Shown here: piece by piece, positions 8,222-12,007 of the stretch | Layout: each line of letters begins with the position of its first letter | Numbering within the stretch: the first letter of the stretch is position 1 | NCBI GenBank assembly: GCA_036339875.1 | Contig: JAYZAC010000082.1 | Location: forward strand, 1 to 12,007 | Reading direction: 5' to 3' | Length of the DNA: 12,007 nt | Source of the DNA: a bacterium | Lineage (GTDB): Bacteria > Muiribacteriota > UBA6191 | Notes under the pieces: generated by a model | Told to the model about the DNA's origin: nothing | The model's database searches: none | Seen by the model: only the letters and a program-made list of their open reading frames with translations | Position numbers and translations under genes: made by a program

Positions 8222-9213
8222 AATTCAACCTTCTCATTGATCTTCATTGAACGATCAGCAGCTTCTAGAATCCTTACCACGAGTAGGCCTTGATTTCCAT
8301 CAGAAATCGGTTTTAATAGACCCTTACAACAATCAACAAAATGTTTAGCCTCATCGGCCAAGGCCTCTTTATTAGGAATAGCGGGAATATGAATATCTCC
8401 TATACGATACTGGATACGAGTTTGATTTAAATCCTCTTCACTATTTAAAATTTCTACACCTTTGTCATAGATTTTAATTTTTTCGTTACTTTCCATATCA
8501 TCATAGACCATCATTCTTCTATTACCAGCTAACGTGATTCGCCTAACTTTCGTAGGAGAAAGCCAGCTTAAATGAAAATTTGCTAGATAGTTTTCTTCGA
8601 AAAACACTTTAACGTAGGCCATATCTACCATTCCGTTACGATAATACTGCATGCCATGAGCCTGCACGGCTATAGGTTTATATGGCACAAGATGTAGCAT
8701 AATAGAGAGATCATGGGGAGCTAAATCCCAAACAACATTAACGTCATTTTGATATAAACCAAGGTTTACTCTGACCGAATCAAAATATAAGGCTTTTCCT
8801 AAATCACCTCTATCTACGACCTCTTTCATTTTTTGAACTGCTGGATTAAATAAAAATGTATGATCTACCATAAGATGAACGTTCTTTTTAGCTGCTAAAT
8901 CAACCAACTTTAATGCTTCTTCGACAGTAGCGGTCATAGGTTTTTCAACCAGAACATGACAACCCGACAAAATTGCCTGACTTGCTAATTCGAAATGAGT
9001 ACTTACAGGTGTCGCGATAACTGCAAGATCAGCTTTTTCAAGACTACTTTTAAGATCTCTACTTATCTCCACAGATGGAAATTCGCGTTTGATACTTAAA
9101 AGTTTTTTTTGTTCTAAATCAACAGCTATAACCGCGTCTATTTCATCTAAGGCCAAGAAGTTTCTAACTAACTTCGGTCCCCAATAACCAACGCCTACGA
9201 CAACGAGCTTCAT
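8218..9213 (-). CDS. Gfo/Idh/MocA NAD-dependent oxidoreductase (WbpB/GnnA-like sugar 3-dehydrogenase)
   Basis: 331 aa with the Rossmann GVGYWG, IATPVSTH, HVLVEKPM, VDHTFLFNPAV, RVNLG, WDLAPHD and SWLSPTKVR. An AGGGA SD lies upstream. It is coupled to the acetyltransferase. Confidence 0.92.
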   Translation of the reverse strand: MKLVVVGVGYWGPKLVRNFLALDEIDAVIAVDLEQKKLLSIKREFPSVEISRDLKSSLEKADLAVIATPVSTHFELASQAILSGCHVLVEKPMTATVEEALKLVDLAAKKNVHLMVDHTFLFNPAVQKMKEVVDRGDLGKALYFDSVRVNLGLYQNDVNVVWDLAPHDLSIMLHLVPYKPIAVQAHGMQYYRNGMVDMAYVKVFFEENYLANFHLSWLSPTKVRRITLAGNRRMMVYDDMESNEKIKIYDKGVEILNSEEDLNQTRIQYRIGDIHIPAIPNKEALADEAKHFVDCCKGLLKPISDGNQGLLVVRILEAADRSMKINEKVEL

Positions 9214-9252
9214 AAAGTTTTCCCTAATCTACAATTTTAATATCTATCGACC

Positions 9253-9296
9253 ATTCTACTAACTGATTTGCAGTTAATCGAAGCGTTAAGTAAACT
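9253..9296. promoter_or_regulatory. Putative overlapping divergent promoters with a central inverted repeat
   Basis: Plus strand: TTGCAG (9268-9273), N17, TAAACT (9291-9296) facing the carboxypeptidase. Minus strand: TAGAAT (9258-9253) facing the oxidoreductase, with a weak -35. The dyad TAACTG-N5-CAGTTA is at 9260-9276. Confidence 0.35.
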
Positions 9297-9319
9297 GATT
9301 TTTAAATTGGAGAGTTTAT

Positions 9320-10831
9320 ATGTCTAAAGCAAACTCATACGAAAACTATGTGAAACAAAGTCGTGAAATGGCTACATTGGGTAGTATTCTCGCTCATCTT
9401 GGATGGGATCAACAAGTTATGCTTCCTAGCCAAGGTCACGCTCACCGACAAGAACAAATGGTTGCATTATCCTCACTACTTCATAAAAGAGGTACTGATC
9501 CTAAGTGGGGTGAATTGATCAATAATTTAGTACAACAAGGTGAAGATAAATTTGACGCCCACCAGTGGTGTAACTTGAAGGAAAGTCAGAGAAGTTTTGA
9601 AGAATCCACAAAGCTTCCAGAAGAGATAATCGTTGAAATGACCAAGCTCTCTTCAGCCGGTCATTCTCTATGGGTAGAGTCGAAACAAAAGAATCACTTT
9701 CCAACCTTCGCCCCAATATTAAAAAAATTCGTAGAAATTAGACGAAAGGTTGCTGATATCCTGTATCCGGACAAACACCCCTATGACGTTTGTATTGATC
9801 AATTTGAGAGAAATTTTAACCGCGAAAAAATTGATAATATTTTTAATCAGTTAAGAACCTCATTAGTACCTTTAACCAAAGAACTGCAAGCCAATGGTGA
9901 TGCTCCTTTACCGTTTCCTGTAGGCAACTACTGCATCAATAAACAACGAGATTTAAATCGTAAAATATCAGAGGCCGTTGGTCTTGATTACTGCAAAGCG
10001 CGAATAGATGAAAGTGCTCATCCATTTTCGGGCGGAGGACACTCAACGGATGTAAGAATAACCACTCGTTATGAAGAATGTAGTTTTTTTAGTTCACTTA
10101 GCTCTACAGTCCATGAAACAGGACATGGAATGTACGAACAGGGACTTCCTGTAGATCAACATGACGGACTACCGGTTGGAAGCTCCCTCGGACTTGTAGT
10201 TCACGAATCTCAATCCTTACTAATGGAGCGAATGATTTGCCAAGGTAGACCTTTTTGGAATGCATTTGGTGATGAGATTAGAAAGTCTTTTCCTGATCTA
10301 CTCGGAGAGCTCAGTAACGAGGAATTGTACAGAAGAAGTAACCGAGTAGCGTTCGGCTTGATACGAGTTGATGCCGATGAATTGACCTACCCTTTACATA
10401 TTATTTTGAGATATGAAATTGAAAAAGCGCTCTTTGATAACGAAATTAATATTGATGAGCTTCCAGAGGCTTGGAATGCCAAATGCCATGAGCTGATGGG
10501 CTTTATACCGCCAACTGATAGTCAAGGAGTATTACAAGATGCACACTGGGCGGATGGTTGTTTTGGATACTTCCCAATGTATACCTTGGGCGCAATGTAC
10601 GGTGCACAATTTTACAATACTTGTCACCAGAAAAATCCTAACTTGGAAACTGATATCGCAACAGGTAATTTCGATACAGTTAAAAACTGGCTTAATCTCA
10701 ATATTCACAAAATGGGACGCCTTATGAATGCTGACGAGTTATTACTGCATGTCACTGGATCAGAGTTAAATTGCGAAGCTTATTGCAGCTATTTAACCAA
10801 AAAATATAGTCAAATTTATCGATTGAGATAA
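9320..10831 (+). CDS. Carboxypeptidase Taq, metallopeptidase family M32
   Basis: 503 aa with LGWDQQVMLP, HPF, DVRITTRY, HETGH (HExxH), HESQS, IRVDADELTYPLHIILRYEIE, GVLQDAHW and GYFPMYTLG. GGAG SD at 9309-9312. Confidence 0.96.
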   Translation: MSKANSYENYVKQSREMATLGSILAHLGWDQQVMLPSQGHAHRQEQMVALSSLLHKRGTDPKWGELINNLVQQGEDKFDAHQWCNLKESQRSFEESTKLPEEIIVEMTKLSSAGHSLWVESKQKNHFPTFAPILKKFVEIRRKVADILYPDKHPYDVCIDQFERNFNREKIDNIFNQLRTSLVPLTKELQANGDAPLPFPVGNYCINKQRDLNRKISEAVGLDYCKARIDESAHPFSGGGHSTDVRITTRYEECSFFSSLSSTVHETGHGMYEQGLPVDQHDGLPVGSSLGLVVHESQSLLMERMICQGRPFWNAFGDEIRKSFPDLLGELSNEELYRRSNRVAFGLIRVDADELTYPLHIILRYEIEKALFDNEINIDELPEAWNAKCHELMGFIPPTDSQGVLQDAHWADGCFGYFPMYTLGAMYGAQFYNTCHQKNPNLETDIATGNFDTVKNWLNLNIHKMGRLMNADELLLHVTGSELNCEAYCSYLTKKYSQIYRLR

Positions 10832-10858
10832 CAGGACTTTGTTTTAAGTAGCATTAAG

Positions 10859-11797
10859 CTAAGAGGCGGTTGTCAGTTCTGAGGTTGTTTTAAAGTGTAG
10901 TTTACAGTAATCGCGCAGAGCATCAAATCCCTTGTAACTCGCCAGTTTTTCTGCAACTTGTTTAGTCAGATTACCTGCTCCTCGAGGAAGCTCAAAACCA
11001 AGATCATTTTTTTGTTGATGATGCCACCTAAGCAGTCTATCTCTAGCTATGATAGACGCTGCAGCTACAGCCAAATTTTCCTCAGCTTTAGTTCTTTGTA
11101 ATAACTGAAATTTATACTCTGAAACACTTTTTTGACAAGCATTTATCATTACCTTTTCATTGGCAAATTGATCAACTAAAGCCATCTTCAAGCCTAAATT
11201 TTCAGCCATTAAATTTTCGATAACTTTGGCGTGCATCCAAGCCAATAGTTCATTCAAGCCTTTGCCCTGAGATTTGAAAGAATTATAAAGCTGGTTATAT
11301 TTAGGAGGATTCAGTTGTACGACGCTAATGTGATTTTTTCCCACTGAAAATAATTTTGGTGCTATTTTTTCGATGCGATTGTCAGTCAGTTTTTTACTAT
11401 CTTGAACACCAGCAGATATGAGAATTTTCTCCTGGCCAGGCTCCAATGCCACACCTACGCAAACAATAGGACCAAAGTAATCACCTTTACCAGATTCATC
11501 AGAACCCATGTATGCAAAATCATAATGCCTTGAAAATTCCTTGGGGTCACTTCCTAAGCCTGAACCTCCATTAAACAGTAAGTGTAACTCTTCCTGCATC
11601 TGTAATTTAGCTTCAGTATCCTTACCCTGAACAACATAAGAGAATCCTTTTTTACCATGGTATAGATTTATTTGCACTCCTCCACCAAAGATAGAAAAAC
11701 GCATTCCATAAGGTATTTCCTTAAACTCAAAATCTAGACCATTATCTTCAAAATATTCGCTTAAACTATCAAACTTATACTTCAAATCTATATGCAT
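10859..11797 (-). CDS. rnhC: Ribonuclease HIII
   Basis: Carries GSDESGKGDYFGP (DES rather than the DEAGRG of RNase HII), GVQDSKKLTD, VDQF, KAEENLAVAAASIIAR, LPRGAG and KLHFKT, plus a roughly 90-aa N-terminal extension consistent with the TBP-like domain. I prefer the ATG at 11797 (312 aa, preceded by GGGAGTAGGA) over the TTG at 11815 in the ORF track. Confidence 0.92.
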   Translation of the reverse strand: MHIDLKYKFDSLSEYFEDNGLDFEFKEIPYGMRFSIFGGGVQINLYHGKKGFSYVVQGKDTEAKLQMQEELHLLFNGGSGLGSDPKEFSRHYDFAYMGSDESGKGDYFGPIVCVGVALEPGQEKILISAGVQDSKKLTDNRIEKIAPKLFSVGKNHISVVQLNPPKYNQLYNSFKSQGKGLNELLAWMHAKVIENLMAENLGLKMALVDQFANEKVMINACQKSVSEYKFQLLQRTKAEENLAVAAASIIARDRLLRWHHQQKNDLGFELPRGAGNLTKQVAEKLASYKGFDALRDYCKLHFKTTSELTTAS

Positions 11798-11850
11798 AGG
11801 CTGTCCTACTCCCAAAGTTTTAAAATGGTCTTAAATCAACTGACGCAATT

Positions 11851-11859
11851 TGATATAAT
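11851..11859 (+). promoter_or_regulatory. Putative extended -10 promoter for the gene starting at 11874
   Basis: TG-A-TATAAT is a perfect TGn-TATAAT, 14 nt upstream of the ATG at 11874, within the dyad GCAATT-N6-AATTGC (11845-11862). Confidence 0.5.
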
Positions 11860-11873
11860 TGCAAGCAACAGTT

Positions 11874-12007
11874 ATGAGCGTACTAAACTATGATCGTTTA
11901 AATCAGCTTGTGACCGGGGTGTATCCTATCACATTGCGGGAGATCGTCCACGGTGACACAGTGGCAGCCTTAATTTCAGCAGCAGATTACTTCAGCTATG
12001 GTGGAGG
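11874..12007 (+). CDS. 5' part of a gene running off the window, possibly thiamine-phosphate synthase (ThiE)-like
   Basis: Open frame MSVLNYDRLNQLVTGVYPITLREIVHGDTVAALISAADYFSYGG(G), with no stop before the window end. It is not in the ORF track. GVYPIT followed about 22 aa later by GG resembles the first strand and helix of ThiE. Only 44 codons are visible, so the product call is weak. Confidence 0.5.
   Translation, partial: MSVLNYDRLNQLVTGVYPITLREIVHGDTVAALISAADYFSYGG

Noticed and set aside
9519..10727. Short ORFs 9519-9716 (-) and 10539-10727 (+)
   Set aside because: They are nested in the intact M32 gene in alternative frames, and the main ORF shows no sign of a frameshift.
11798..11815. 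TTG start at 11815 for rnhC
   Set aside because: This stretch contains the SD-like GGGAGTAGGA positioned for the ATG at 11797, and the TTG has no SD of its own.
1..12007. CRISPR array, IS/prophage, tRNA/rRNA, or defence/retron-type system
   Set aside because: Intergenic gaps are all under about 135 nt, and I saw no spaced repeats, transposase, integrase, reverse transcriptase or toxin-like ORFs. The only nuclease is housekeeping RNase HIII.

Overview
AT-rich (roughly mid-30s % GC by eye), very densely coded bacterial chromosomal segment with no RNA genes, CRISPR arrays, mobile elements or long repeats that I can see. From left to right it holds: (1) a complete prkA/yeaG - yeaH/yhbH (DUF444, vWA) - spoVR/ycgB operon with a clean sigma70-type promoter; (2) a roughly 4.3 kb sugar-modification block with an RhlB-like GT1 glycosyltransferase, an unannotated 75-aa four-Cys protein, and a WbpB/WbpE/WbpD-like oxidoreductase-aminotransferase-N-acetyltransferase trio split across opposite strands; (3) an M32 carboxypeptidase; (4) RNase HIII; (5) the 5' end of a further gene, possibly ThiE-like. 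Most genes belong to known families. The best candidate for something undescribed is the pairing of an orphan RhlB-like transferase (no rhlA) and a small Cys-rich protein with a 3-amino/3-acetamido-sugar pathway. This is a hypothesis from adjacency, not a demonstrated system. All family calls rest on motifs I recognise from memory; no database search was run.
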